Assembly: GCA_028227395.1 (NCBI GenBank)
Contig: JAOIZZ010000003.1
Location: forward strand, 63,077-127,076
Source: Woeseiaceae bacterium
Lineage (GTDB): Bacteria; Pseudomonadota; Gammaproteobacteria; Steroidobacterales; Woeseiaceae
DNA length: 64,000 nt
Direction: 5' to 3'
Both the position numbers and the translations under genes were made by a program. The notes under the pieces were generated by a model. That model searched no databases and was not told the origin of the DNA. It saw nothing but the letters and a program-made list of their open reading frames with translations. Positions 1 through 9,977 of this stretch are shown in pieces (the first letter of the stretch is position 1; each line of letters opens with the position of its first letter).

Positions 1-248
1 AATTCATATTTAGTGTTATTTTCAAAGGCAATAGATTGCCAATCAGTATCAGTCAGTGTGAAGGTATTAAATATATTATATAAGGCTGAATTTCTTTCTT
101 GTTGTGTATTTGCCATGGAAATCTTTTGTGTTTGTCTTAACTCTAGACCCACAAATATCAAGGATGCAATAACTCCGATAACACCAACCAATTGAAAAAA
201 ACTACTAAATTTTTCTAGATTGATAATAGAGAGTAAGTTTTGTTTCAT
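1..248 (-). CDS. hypothetical membrane protein, N-terminal part only (runs off the left edge of the window)
   Basis: A minus-strand ATG at 248-246 opens a frame that stays open to position 1: MKQNLLSIINLEKFSSFFQLVGVIGVIASLIFVGLELRQTQK... It has one hydrophobic, TM-like stretch. It is absent from the ORF track because no stop lies inside the window. No family recognised. Confidence 0.35.
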   Translation of the reverse strand, partial: MKQNLLSIINLEKFSSFFQLVGVIGVIASLIFVGLELRQTQKISMANTQQERNSALYNIFNTFTLTDTDWQSIAFENNTKYE

Positions 249-358
249 TTTATCGAGCCCTATGCCTGTTCAGATTAAATTTCTATATTTATGGCATTAT
301 TAAGTTAAGAATACAATTTAATTGTAATAAGATCATCTAACCATTAAAAAAGTGATTT

Positions 359-1564
359 ATGGATTCTCTAACAAATAATACGCAGAGACTTACAGAGCAT
401 TTTCAGAATGATAGGAAGACTATTGGAGCTTATCCTGAAGATCTAAGAGTTGCTTTAAGTTCTCTAGATACTCAAGAAGCTCTAAATGAAATTAAGAGCT
501 GGAAGGGATACAAGCCAACTCAATTGCATTCATTACATAGATTCGCAAAAGAGATAGGGGTTCAAGATATATTCTACAAAGATGAGAGTACACGTTTTGA
601 TCTTGGAAGTTTCAAGGCATTGGGTGGTGCTTATGGAGTTCTAAAATTCATTCAAAATCAACTTACTAAAGATCTTAATAAAAATATTAGTATTCGAGAT
701 ATACGTGATGGACAATATTTAGATTTAACAAAAAACTACACAGTTGTTACTGCAACTGATGGAAATCATGGGCGTTCAGTTGCCTATGGAGCAAAATTAT
801 CGGGGTGTAAATGCCAAATATACATTCATGCTGAGGTTAGCGTAGGTCGACAACATGCAATGGAGGAATTTGGAGCGACGGTAATACGCATCAAAGGTAA
901 TTACGATGAATCATTAAGAATCTGTATCGAGGAAGCCACTAAGAATAATTGGCAAATTATTTCGGACACTTCTTATGAAGGCTATACCAGATATCCACGT
1001 TATATTATGGCTGGATATACTGTTTTAGCACATGAAATTACTGAGCAACTTGATTATGAGAACATACCTACTCATATTTTCTTGCAAGCAGGTGTAGGTG
1101 GATTTGCGGCGGCCATCATGGCTTATTTTTGGGAGAAGTATCCTGAAAAAAATATTAAATTTATTATTGTTGAGCCAACCTTAGCGCCTTGTTTAATTGA
1201 AAGTGCGAAAGCAAATGAGTTAACGGTTTTTGATATAAAAGAAGAAACCATGATGGCTGGATTATCCTGTGGCGAACCGTCCTTATTGGCTTGGAAGATC
1301 CTTAATCTAGGTACGGATCATTTTATTACCATTACCGATGATAGGATACCGGATTTAATGCGCTTGCTCGCAAAAGGTATGGGCAATGATCCGTCCATAG
1401 AAGCAGGAGAGTGCTCCGCTAGCGGTTTAGCGGCATTGATGGAGATTAAGAATAATGACTGTATTGCCAAGCAATTGAATCTAAATCAAAACAGTCGAGT
1501 TCTTTTGTTTGGCACAGAGGGAGCGACAGATCCTGATATATATGAGGCAATAATCAATGCCTAA
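359..1564 (+). CDS. dpaL: diaminopropionate ammonia-lyase (PLP-dependent, YgeX/DpaL type)
   Basis: The 401-aa ORF resembles E. coli YgeX as I recall it along its whole length. Motifs: PLP-lysine DESTRFDLGSFKALGGAYGV, TATDGNHGRSVAYGA, LQAGVGGFAAA, MAGLSCGEP, GTEGATDPDIY. Confidence 0.85.
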   Translation: MDSLTNNTQRLTEHFQNDRKTIGAYPEDLRVALSSLDTQEALNEIKSWKGYKPTQLHSLHRFAKEIGVQDIFYKDESTRFDLGSFKALGGAYGVLKFIQNQLTKDLNKNISIRDIRDGQYLDLTKNYTVVTATDGNHGRSVAYGAKLSGCKCQIYIHAEVSVGRQHAMEEFGATVIRIKGNYDESLRICIEEATKNNWQIISDTSYEGYTRYPRYIMAGYTVLAHEITEQLDYENIPTHIFLQAGVGGFAAAIMAYFWEKYPEKNIKFIIVEPTLAPCLIESAKANELTVFDIKEETMMAGLSCGEPSLLAWKILNLGTDHFITITDDRIPDLMRLLAKGMGNDPSIEAGECSASGLAALMEIKNNDCIAKQLNLNQNSRVLLFGTEGATDPDIYEAIINA

Positions 1565-3254
1565 TTCCATTAAGTTATTTTGTATTACTTGCGTGGTGAT
1601 ATTAATGAGCGCCTGCAATTTACAACCAGAGGAGGGAATTGATACTGCATTTATAAATGGTGGGATATACCACGCTGATGAATCTCATTCTTGGTCAGAG
1701 GCTTTAGGTATTGAAGATGGCGTAATAGTGATGGTGGGTTCAAACGATGAGATTAATAAATTAATTGGTATTAAAACTAATATTATCGATCTGAAAGATA
1801 AGATGTTGATGCCAAGTTTTCATGATGGACATGCCCACGTTGAATATGGGGGTAGAGATAAAATCAACTGTAGAATCGATGGTCGTTCATCACCTATTTC
1901 TATTCGTCAACAATTAAATAATTGTGCCATGAGTTTTAACCTTCGAGAAGATGAATGGTTAATTGGCGGTGGCTGGGAATTATTTAATTTTCCCGATGGA
2001 GCTCCAACGAGTGAAATGCTCGATGAGATTTTTGGTAATAGACCTGTATTTTTATCGGATGCTTTCGGTCATAACGCCTGGGTCAGCTCAAAAGCATTGG
2101 AATTAGCAGGTATTAATTCCGATACTCTCGATCCATCTAATGGCAAAATTATTCGTGATTCTGTCACAGGAAAACCTTCAGGAACATTGCGTGATTCAGC
2201 CATGAATTTAATATTGGAGGTATTACCAGCATTAACCACAGAGCAACGATATGAGGCTTTATTATTAGGCATTAAAGAGGCAAATAAATATGGTATAACG
2301 GCATTTATAGAGCCGGGTGTTGATCAACCCTTGGCAAGGTTATATAAAAATCTTGAGGATAATGGAGATTTAAATGCACGTGTGATGTTGGCTTTATCTC
2401 CCATTAATAGTCTTCCAGGAAGTGTAGGACCAGAGTTATTCGATTTACTTGCAGATAGAGAGCAATATCGTGGCCAATATATTAATCCAGATTCCGTAAA
2501 AATATACATAGATGGCGTGATTGAAACTCGCACCTCAACTATGCTCGAACCTTACAGTGATGGCAGTAATTTTCCCTCTTTCTATAGACAAGAAGAGCTG
2601 GAATTATTGTTTCAGCGACTGGATACAATGAAGGTACAAATTCATACCCATGCTATTGGTGATGGTGCCATAAGAAATGCTCTTGATGCATATGAATATG
2701 CCTTTCTGAAAAATGGACCGAATAATAATCGTCATTTAATTGTCCATTTGCAACTTATTGATGAAGCAGATCAACCACGTTTTAATGAACTGGATGTTGC
2801 CGCTAATTTTCAGTGTCTTTGGTGTTATCCTGATCCATATATTGATTTTGCAGAAGACGTCGTCGGCGTCGATCGTGTGGAGAAATTTTTCCCAGTCAGA
2901 AGTCTGCAAGAAGCGGGTGCACTACTGATAGGTGGCAGTGATTGGAATGTGAGCTCATTAAATCCATTGGAGGCTATCGAAACTGCCGTAAGAAGACAGG
3001 ATCCTTATACTGAATCTGGACCAAGCTTAGGGCGGAATGAAGAAATTGATTTGTATACGGCGCTTGATATGTACACACGCAATGCTTCCTATGTCATGCG
3101 ATTGGAAGATAAGACTGGAACTATTGAGGTGGGCAAAAGAGCGGATTTAATTGTTTTAGATCGAAATCTTTTTGAGATTCCAGTTACTGAAATCAGCGAA
3201 GCGAAGGTATTGTTAACACTAATGGATGGCAGGGAAGTATATAATTTACAATAA
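1557..3254 (+). CDS. amidohydrolase-family metal-dependent hydrolase (YtcJ-like), predicted lipoprotein
   Basis: 565 aa. The start overlaps the dpaL stop by 8 nt. It has a lipobox-like N-terminus (VVILMSAC). Metal motifs HDGHAH and HTHAIGD, plus C-terminal GGSDW and GKRADLIVLD, are typical of amidohydrolase_3 proteins. Confidence 0.75.
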   Translation: MPNSIKLFCITCVVILMSACNLQPEEGIDTAFINGGIYHADESHSWSEALGIEDGVIVMVGSNDEINKLIGIKTNIIDLKDKMLMPSFHDGHAHVEYGGRDKINCRIDGRSSPISIRQQLNNCAMSFNLREDEWLIGGGWELFNFPDGAPTSEMLDEIFGNRPVFLSDAFGHNAWVSSKALELAGINSDTLDPSNGKIIRDSVTGKPSGTLRDSAMNLILEVLPALTTEQRYEALLLGIKEANKYGITAFIEPGVDQPLARLYKNLEDNGDLNARVMLALSPINSLPGSVGPELFDLLADREQYRGQYINPDSVKIYIDGVIETRTSTMLEPYSDGSNFPSFYRQEELELLFQRLDTMKVQIHTHAIGDGAIRNALDAYEYAFLKNGPNNNRHLIVHLQLIDEADQPRFNELDVAANFQCLWCYPDPYIDFAEDVVGVDRVEKFFPVRSLQEAGALLIGGSDWNVSSLNPLEAIETAVRRQDPYTESGPSLGRNEEIDLYTALDMYTRNASYVMRLEDKTGTIEVGKRADLIVLDRNLFEIPVTEISEAKVLLTLMDGREVYNLQ

Positions 3255-3317
3255 ATTATCATGAAGCTTAATTTTGTTTGCTAAATATGAACTTTAAAAA
3301 TATGAGAACGTATAAAT

Positions 3318-3881
3318 ATGACTAGATTAGCACCTTTAAAACCAGAGCAGCTCAACGAATCACAAACACGGGTTTTTAATGCCATTCAAGAGGGGCCACG
3401 AGGAGCAATGCCACTAATTGGACCATTTAATGCTTGGGTTAGATCCGGAGACATTGGTGATGCTATTCAAAAGCTTGGCGCTTCATTGCGTTTTGATTCA
3501 ATCCTTGCAGAGGACGTGAAAGAGCTTCTTATTTGCACCGTTGGTCATCACTATAAGGCAAAATTTGAATTTGCATTTCATGAGCAGCTTGCTCTTAAGG
3601 CCGGTATAAATGAATCAATCTTGAATGACCTAAAAGCCGACAGAGTCCCTGTAATTGACGATCAGAAACTAAAATTAGCTTATTTGGTAGCAGAACAATT
3701 ACTGGATACTCACGTAATTGATAATGAATATTATGCCCAAGGTATTGAGGTATTTGGCGAACGAGGTATGCTCGAATTGGTTTCGATTATTGGATATTAT
3801 TGCTTGGTATCGTTAACTCTTAACGCCTTTACTATTCCTCTTGATGAAGGTATGTCGGATCCATTCCCAGAGAAAAAGTAA
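3318..3881 (+). CDS. carboxymuconolactone decarboxylase (CMD/AhpD-like) family protein
   Basis: 187 aa. The N-terminal pattern RLAPLKPEQLNESQ...GPRG...GPFNAW and the core ELLICTVGHHYKAKFEFAFHEQLALKAG match the CMD-family layout from memory. Confidence 0.65.
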   Translation: MTRLAPLKPEQLNESQTRVFNAIQEGPRGAMPLIGPFNAWVRSGDIGDAIQKLGASLRFDSILAEDVKELLICTVGHHYKAKFEFAFHEQLALKAGINESILNDLKADRVPVIDDQKLKLAYLVAEQLLDTHVIDNEYYAQGIEVFGERGMLELVSIIGYYCLVSLTLNAFTIPLDEGMSDPFPEKK

Positions 3882-3884
3882 ATT

Positions 3885-4883
3885 TTATTTTATGTGTTTA
3901 ACGGTGTGACTTAATGTACCTAGACCCTCAATACTGATATCAATCTGACACTCTTCTTCATTCAGTAAGACATTTCGGTGAGCATGCGGAAAGTTTTCAT
4001 TGCCTTTTGCAGCAGTACCGCAACTAATTATGTCACCGGCTTCTAAGGTAAAATAACGACTCGCATCTACAATTAAGTCCTCAATACTAAATGTATATGA
4101 TTGCGTTGTATCGTCCGTAAAACATTGATTATTCTTATAGGCATGAATACGAAGATTATTGGGATCTTTGATTTCATCTTGAGTCGTAATCCAAGGGCCC
4201 ATCGGGCCAAACGTATCGGTATTTTTTGAACGAGTGTGATACACAAAATATAAATCATTTTCATCACTGCCATAGGATTTGCGCCAGTTGGTATATTCTG
4301 GACGCATAATTTTTTGGTCTCGTGTCACAGCCAGACTGTCTTTTGAGAATTTCATACCATGTGAAGTGATGTCATTTATGATGCTGTAACCAAAAACATG
4401 ATTGAGTGCATGTTCTTTTTTTATATCCTTACCTGGGTTACCAATAAATAGGCATAATTCTGGTTCTGGAATGGTATTCCCATAATAATCTCTGATAAGA
4501 ACGGGTTCATTGTGACCATTTAAACAACTTGATGATTTTAGGAAATAATTGGGACAGCCCGGATCAAAGTGAGCCTCCTTACGAATACCCTTATTATTAA
4601 AAGCCACACCCAGAATCTTTCTTGTATTTGGGTTAGGCGGTAACCATGTTACTTTATTCAGCTTTATCAGATTATATTGATCTGGTTCTTGGGAGATTTT
4701 TTCTATCTTATGAGCAATTTCTTGTTGCATGATTGAATCACTGCTGATGAACTCTTGCATCGAGCTCCAAGATAACTTTAGATTAAAGGCCTTAGAAAGT
4801 GTTTCGATACTGACACCAAGCTCATCATTGATACGAAAAATCAAGCAAGGATTTTTGTCTATTTCAATAGTTGCAAGTTTCAA
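3885..4883 (-). CDS. fumarylacetoacetate hydrolase (FAH) family protein
   Basis: 332 aa with C-terminal FAH-fold motifs (VFGYSIINDITSHG, GDIISCGT). A TTG start overlaps the soxG stop (TTGA), so it is the last gene of the first sox operon. Confidence 0.7.
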   Translation of the reverse strand: MKLATIEIDKNPCLIFRINDELGVSIETLSKAFNLKLSWSSMQEFISSDSIMQQEIAHKIEKISQEPDQYNLIKLNKVTWLPPNPNTRKILGVAFNNKGIRKEAHFDPGCPNYFLKSSSCLNGHNEPVLIRDYYGNTIPEPELCLFIGNPGKDIKKEHALNHVFGYSIINDITSHGMKFSKDSLAVTRDQKIMRPEYTNWRKSYGSDENDLYFVYHTRSKNTDTFGPMGPWITTQDEIKDPNNLRIHAYKNNQCFTDDTTQSYTFSIEDLIVDASRYFTLEAGDIISCGTAAKGNENFPHAHRNVLLNEEECQIDISIEGLGTLSHTVKHIK

Positions 4884-5458
4884 TCTTTATTCCCTAAAAT
4901 ATTTTCAGCGACTTGATTGATCGTGTGAACAAGCGATTTTGCATAGGAGCGAGCACCAAGGATGATAAAACAATCTTCTTGATGCGGTTTTTGAATAAAA
5001 ATTGTCATATGTGAGCACCCCGTCCTGGTAGCGCTTCCAGATGGAAAGTTACGTTCACTTAAATCTATTTTAATTAATCTTTCTAAAACGTCTAAGCTGG
5101 CTGGCCCCTCTATTTTGATTGAGATCCAAGCATCTGTTTGTAAGGTAACGGTTGACACCTCATTAAATTTCTTTGTTAGTAGTTGATCAAAGTAAGGATT
5201 GCATTCATTTGAAGTGACGAACCACTGAGAAGGAGAAACCCAAAAAACCGATCCTGTTGAGTGATTAACCATTTTTCCAGGCGCAGGAAGAGAGATGCCA
5301 TATTCTTCTTTAAAGCGTTCATTTAAATCTAACTGCTTATCTAACGACGCATTGATTGAGCAAATTTCTTTAAAACTACTCTGTGTGATCGAAAGAGTAG
5401 GCCATTGGAGATTTAAATGGTCTAAAGTCAGGGCGCTATTTAATTTCTCCTTATCCAC
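4880..5458 (-). CDS. soxG: sarcosine oxidase gamma subunit (copy 1)
   Basis: Its position after soxA, its size and its similarity to copy 2 support the call. I prefer the GTG at 5458: AGGGGAG lies 7 nt upstream, the same SD spacing as in copy 2. The ORF-track start at 5512 would overlap soxA by 62 nt. Confidence 0.75.
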   Translation of the reverse strand: MDKEKLNSALTLDHLNLQWPTLSITQSSFKEICSINASLDKQLDLNERFKEEYGISLPAPGKMVNHSTGSVFWVSPSQWFVTSNECNPYFDQLLTKKFNEVSTVTLQTDAWISIKIEGPASLDVLERLIKIDLSERNFPSGSATRTGCSHMTIFIQKPHQEDCFIILGARSYAKSLVHTINQVAENILGNKD

Positions 5459-8408
5459 GTAACCGCTCCCCTTTGGGGTCATAAAAATGTGGGGAAGTAA
5501 CTTCAATATCAATATCTTGATTTTGCAATAAATTAACCGCCCTTAATTTTCCCCCTATATGGTTCGTACCATTTTTAATCATGGCTAAACCAATGTAGCT
5601 TTTAGACATTGGAGAATAAGCCATTGAAGTGATATATCCTAAATCATTACAGGGAGTGCAGGCCGATTTACTTGCAAAAATATGCGATCCTGAGGAAATT
5701 TTTTGTTTTGGGTTACACGGCATGACTCCTACTAAAATGTGACGCATGGGATCTACCAAACCTTCTCTTTCGGATAAGATGCTGCCAATAGAATCTTTCT
5801 TTTTGGAGACCATTTTTCCTAACCCAAGGTCGCCTGCTGTGGTTTGTCCGTTTAATTCATTTCCAGCGGCATGCCCTTTTTCGATTCTCATTACTCCTAG
5901 TGCTTCCGTACCATATGGGGTCAAATCAAACGTTTTACCTATCTCATGAATATGGCGAATTAATGCATCACTGTATCTCGCAGGAACGGCCAACTCATAT
6001 GCCATTTCACCGGAAAAGGACAGACGAAAGAGTCGTGCTCTAATGCCATTGCAAATACTTATCTCATCACAGGCCATATAAGGAAAATTAGAATTTGAGA
6101 TATCGTGGTCCTTATCTATAATTTTTTCTAGTAAATGACGTGATTTTGGTCCGGCAATAGCATATTGAGCCCATTGCTCCGTGATTGAAATAAGTGCAAC
6201 ATCCATTTCAGGCCAAAGACATTGTCTACAAAATTCCATATGACGATATACTTGCACCGCGTTTGCGGTGGTTGTCGTGACTATGAAATGATTTTTGGCC
6301 AGATGTGCAACCGTGCCGTCATCCATCACAATACCATCTTCTCTGAGCATAATACCGTAACGACAACGATTTATATTTAACGTGGTTATGGTATTGCAAT
6401 ACACTTTATCTAGGAAGGCCGCCGCATCAGTTCCCTGCACATCTATTTTACCTAAAGTGCTGACATCGGTTATTCCCACATTATTACGAGTCGCTAACAC
6501 TTCACGGTTAACACTTTCTTGCCAATGCAATTCATTTGCATGAGGAAAATACTGACTTCTTAACCAGGCTCCACTTTCAACAAATTGCGCTTTTTGTTCA
6601 ACGGCAAATGGATGACTTGGTGTTTCACGTGTGGGTCTAAAATGTTTTCCAGAATGAGGTCCGCTCAGAGCCCCAATTGCAACCGGTATATAAGGAGCCC
6701 TAAAGATGGTAGTGCCCGTTTCTTCAACGGATTTATTCATAGTTTCAGCAATGATGCCGATTCCTATGACGCTTGATGTTTTACCTTGATCTGTCGCCAT
6801 GCCTAAGGTTGTATAACGCTTAACATGCTCAACTGAATAAAACCCCTCTTGCACTGCCAGACGAATATCTTTGGTGGTGACATCATTTTGAAAATCAACC
6901 CAAGCCCGTTGTTTTGTCTCTCTTACAGACCAAAAAGTTTTGCCACGATAAGTATCATCATTAGCCAAAGGAATCATCATCTTGGTGGGTGCATGACCTA
7001 GCTCAGAAAGCACTGCATTGGCCTGATTCATTGCATCTTGTAAGACTAGATTTGTTGCATAGATACCTTTTGCAGCCCCCGCAACTTTCATTCCTGAAGG
7101 AAGCTCAGCTTCATTTGCAATAAAACCAGAAATGACTTCATTCCAGATCGGTCGCTGTCGATGCTGACACGTCAAATGAATAGAGGGATTCCAACCACCA
7201 GAAACTGCAATACTATCTACGTTAATTTTTGCTCCGTTTAATAAAGAGATTGCTTTGACTCTATTATGACCATGCACTTTTATGATTTGATCTTCACTGT
7301 ATACTGGAATTCGTGTATTTTTTTTCGCTATTTCCTGATGCTCTTCTTTCTTACGAATATCTATAATGGCAGCTACATCGATACCTTTTTGATTTAAATC
7401 TCTGGCTGTAAGCCAGCCACTGTCGTTTGAAGTAAAAACCGCTACTCGCGTCGCAGTTCGCACAGCAAATCGATTTGTATAATCACGCATTGCACTTGCC
7501 AGCATGATGCCAGGACGATCATTGTTACCAAAAGCAATGTGTCTTTCAGTGGCACCGGAGGCTAAAATTATGTGCTTAGTATTTATCTCCCAGATCATCT
7601 GCCTTGGGCCGACTGAATTTATTTGGTCACTAAGTCGTTCTATTGCAAAATAGGTTTTTTGATCAAATACCCCAAAAACAGCTGTTTTTGGCATCAGTCG
7701 AACATGTGGCATCGCTTCTAATTCCTTCACTGTATTTGCCACCCAGTCATGGCATTGCAAGCCATCTATTTCTTCATCTTCACCAAGTAATCGTCCACCA
7801 TAAATAAAATCTTCCTCAACGAGAATTGTATTCAAACCTTCCCTTCCCGCAACCAGTCCAGCCATTAAACCAGCAGCGCCCCCTCCAATTATTAATAAAT
7901 CACAATGTCGATACCCTCGATCATAGTGATCTGGGTCGGTTGAGGGGGCTAGCTCACCTAAACCTGCCGCCCTTCGGATTAGCGGTTCATAGACTCTTTC
8001 CCAGAAACTTTTTGGCCACATAAAGGTTTTATAATAAAAACCCGCGGTCAGGAGAGGGGCAAAGCAATCATTGATTGATTGAATATCGTATTTGAGTGAC
8101 GGCCAGCAATTTTGACTTTGTGCCGTTAATCCGTTGAATAATTGAATGGTTGTTGCACGTGTATTGGGTTCTTTAGTGTCTTCATTAGTGAGTTCAACTA
8201 ATGCATTTGGTTCACTAGAGTTTGAGGTGAATATGCCACGGGGTCGATGATATTTGAATGATCGTCCAACTAAATTAATACCATTTGCGAGTAATGCTGA
8301 TGCCAGTGTATCGCCATGGAAGCCCGAATATTTTTTACCATCAAACGTAAAATTTAGAGGGATGTTTCGATCAATTAAACCTCCATCTATGCGATTTTTT
8401 TGGGTCAC
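5451..8408 (-). CDS. soxA: sarcosine oxidase alpha subunit (copy 1)
   Basis: 985 aa. N-terminus FTFDGKKYSGFHGDTLASALLANG...GRSFKYHRPRG, dinucleotide fold LLIIGGGAAGL, C-terminal GcvT-like folate domain, C-terminus FYDPKGERLRG. The GTG start overlaps the soxD stop (GTGA). Confidence 0.9.
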   Translation of the reverse strand: MTQKNRIDGGLIDRNIPLNFTFDGKKYSGFHGDTLASALLANGINLVGRSFKYHRPRGIFTSNSSEPNALVELTNEDTKEPNTRATTIQLFNGLTAQSQNCWPSLKYDIQSINDCFAPLLTAGFYYKTFMWPKSFWERVYEPLIRRAAGLGELAPSTDPDHYDRGYRHCDLLIIGGGAAGLMAGLVAGREGLNTILVEEDFIYGGRLLGEDEEIDGLQCHDWVANTVKELEAMPHVRLMPKTAVFGVFDQKTYFAIERLSDQINSVGPRQMIWEINTKHIILASGATERHIAFGNNDRPGIMLASAMRDYTNRFAVRTATRVAVFTSNDSGWLTARDLNQKGIDVAAIIDIRKKEEHQEIAKKNTRIPVYSEDQIIKVHGHNRVKAISLLNGAKINVDSIAVSGGWNPSIHLTCQHRQRPIWNEVISGFIANEAELPSGMKVAGAAKGIYATNLVLQDAMNQANAVLSELGHAPTKMMIPLANDDTYRGKTFWSVRETKQRAWVDFQNDVTTKDIRLAVQEGFYSVEHVKRYTTLGMATDQGKTSSVIGIGIIAETMNKSVEETGTTIFRAPYIPVAIGALSGPHSGKHFRPTRETPSHPFAVEQKAQFVESGAWLRSQYFPHANELHWQESVNREVLATRNNVGITDVSTLGKIDVQGTDAAAFLDKVYCNTITTLNINRCRYGIMLREDGIVMDDGTVAHLAKNHFIVTTTTANAVQVYRHMEFCRQCLWPEMDVALISITEQWAQYAIAGPKSRHLLEKIIDKDHDISNSNFPYMACDEISICNGIRARLFRLSFSGEMAYELAVPARYSDALIRHIHEIGKTFDLTPYGTEALGVMRIEKGHAAGNELNGQTTAGDLGLGKMVSKKKDSIGSILSEREGLVDPMRHILVGVMPCNPKQKISSGSHIFASKSACTPCNDLGYITSMAYSPMSKSYIGLAMIKNGTNHIGGKLRAVNLLQNQDIDIEVTSPHFYDPKGERLRG

Positions 8409-8689
8409 TGTGTTTGACCTTTCTTGATGACATTGGAGGCAAGCTCTACGTTATTAATTTCGTGAGTGAGTGTATCCCTAGAAACAATCAACCAGGATCG
8501 ATCGCCTTGTTCATGGAACCAAAGTTCTTGATGCTGACCAATGGGGTTATCTCTATGATAGAGATACTCATAAAATACTCGTGCTTGATCTCGTTCTGGT
8601 GTGTTTGGTCGTTGCAACAGTTTAGCGTCACCTAGAATGGTAAATTCCGATGCATTTCTTGGGCCAAGTAAGGGGTGATTAATCTTCAT
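8405..8689 (-). CDS. soxD: sarcosine oxidase delta subunit (copy 1)
   Basis: 94 aa, between soxB and soxA. It resembles copy 2 (EF...G....RP......W..YL..R.N..G...E.W.H..GC/D..W). Confidence 0.85.
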   Translation of the reverse strand: MKINHPLLGPRNASEFTILGDAKLLQRPNTPERDQARVFYEYLYHRDNPIGQHQELWFHEQGDRSWLIVSRDTLTHEINNVELASNVIKKGQTQ

Positions 8690-8700
8690 AAGAAATATAT

Positions 8701-9951
8701 TTAGTGTAGATTGGGTTGTGCGCCCATCCCCTTTTCATCAATCATGTAGCCTTTTTCAAAACGATTTAATAAATAAGCATTGGCATTGGGGTGGTTTTCA
8801 TCGGTAGCTAATAAATGTGCGAAACACTTGCCTGAGGCTGGCGTGGCTTTAAAGCCTCCATAACACCATCCACCATTAAAATAGATGCCTTTAATGGGTG
8901 TTCGATCGATGATGGGTGATCCGTCCATCGACATATCCATCACCCCACCCCACATTCTCAGTAGTCTGGCTTTGCCTATCATTGGCATTAATGCCATACC
9001 CCCTTCGCAAACATCCTCAACTACAGCCATATTTCCACGTTGTGCATAACTATTGTAGCCGTCTATATCGCCACCAAAAACCAAACCACCTTTATCTGAT
9101 TGGCTAATATAAAAATGTCCTGCGCCAAATGTAATCACGCCAGGAATGATGGGTTTTAATCCCTCTGAAACAAAAGCCTGCAATACATGGCTTTCAATTG
9201 GCAGCCGTAATCCAGCGTTTGCCATCACAGCGCTTGAAGAGCCAGCAACAGCAACACCAAATTTTTTAGCTTTGATTCTGCCACGGCTGGTTCTTACTGC
9301 GTTGCATTTGGCATTTTGGATATCAAAGCCTGTTACTTCGCAGTTTTCAATGATATCGACGCCTAATCTATCGGCGGCACGAGCATAACCCCAAGCTACG
9401 GCATCATGACGTATAGTTCCGCCACGCGGCTGCCATAAGCCACCTTGGATAGGAAAACGTGCATTATCGTAATTCAAGAATGGGCATTTTTCTCTTAGTT
9501 TGGCTTCATTTAGAAGAATCGCATCTGCGCCATTGATTAACATAGAATTACCTCGTCTAACATAGGCGTCTCTTTGTGCATCAGAATGAAATAAATTAAT
9601 AACCCCACGTTGTGAAATCATGGCATTATAATTTAGGTCTTGTTCGAATTGCTCCCAGAGTTTAAGGGACATTTCATAGAATTTTTCGTTTTCATGTAAG
9701 AGATAGTTGGAGCGGAAAATCGTCGTATTTCGACCAATGTTACCCCCGCCTAGCCAGCCTTTTTCCAGCACAGCTATTTTTTTATTCTTGTACTCTGAGG
9801 CAAGATAATATGCCGTCGCTAAACCATGCCCACCACCACCGATAACAATAATATCATATTCAGATTTAGGTTCTGGACGTCGCCAAAGGGGTTTCCAGCC
9901 TCGGTGACCAGTCAATGCTTCCTTGATTACTTTAATTGCTGAATAGGCCAC
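8701..9951 (-). CDS. soxB: sarcosine oxidase beta subunit (copy 1)
   Basis: 416 aa. FAD fold [20 protein letters not shown]. It is collinear with copy 2 (419 aa). Confidence 0.9.
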   Translation of the reverse strand: MAYSAIKVIKEALTGHRGWKPLWRRPEPKSEYDIIVIGGGGHGLATAYYLASEYKNKKIAVLEKGWLGGGNIGRNTTIFRSNYLLHENEKFYEMSLKLWEQFEQDLNYNAMISQRGVINLFHSDAQRDAYVRRGNSMLINGADAILLNEAKLREKCPFLNYDNARFPIQGGLWQPRGGTIRHDAVAWGYARAADRLGVDIIENCEVTGFDIQNAKCNAVRTSRGRIKAKKFGVAVAGSSSAVMANAGLRLPIESHVLQAFVSEGLKPIIPGVITFGAGHFYISQSDKGGLVFGGDIDGYNSYAQRGNMAVVEDVCEGGMALMPMIGKARLLRMWGGVMDMSMDGSPIIDRTPIKGIYFNGGWCYGGFKATPASGKCFAHLLATDENHPNANAYLLNRFEKGYMIDEKGMGAQPNLH

Positions 9952-9977
9952 GGTTAGCTTCTAATTCTTCCGATAGA

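Noticed and set aside
13-195. 60-aa plus-strand ORF at the left edge
   Set aside because: It lies entirely antisense to a better minus-strand ORF (ATG at 248, open to the window edge, with a TM helix). It has no RBS or recognisable features, so it is probably a shadow ORF.
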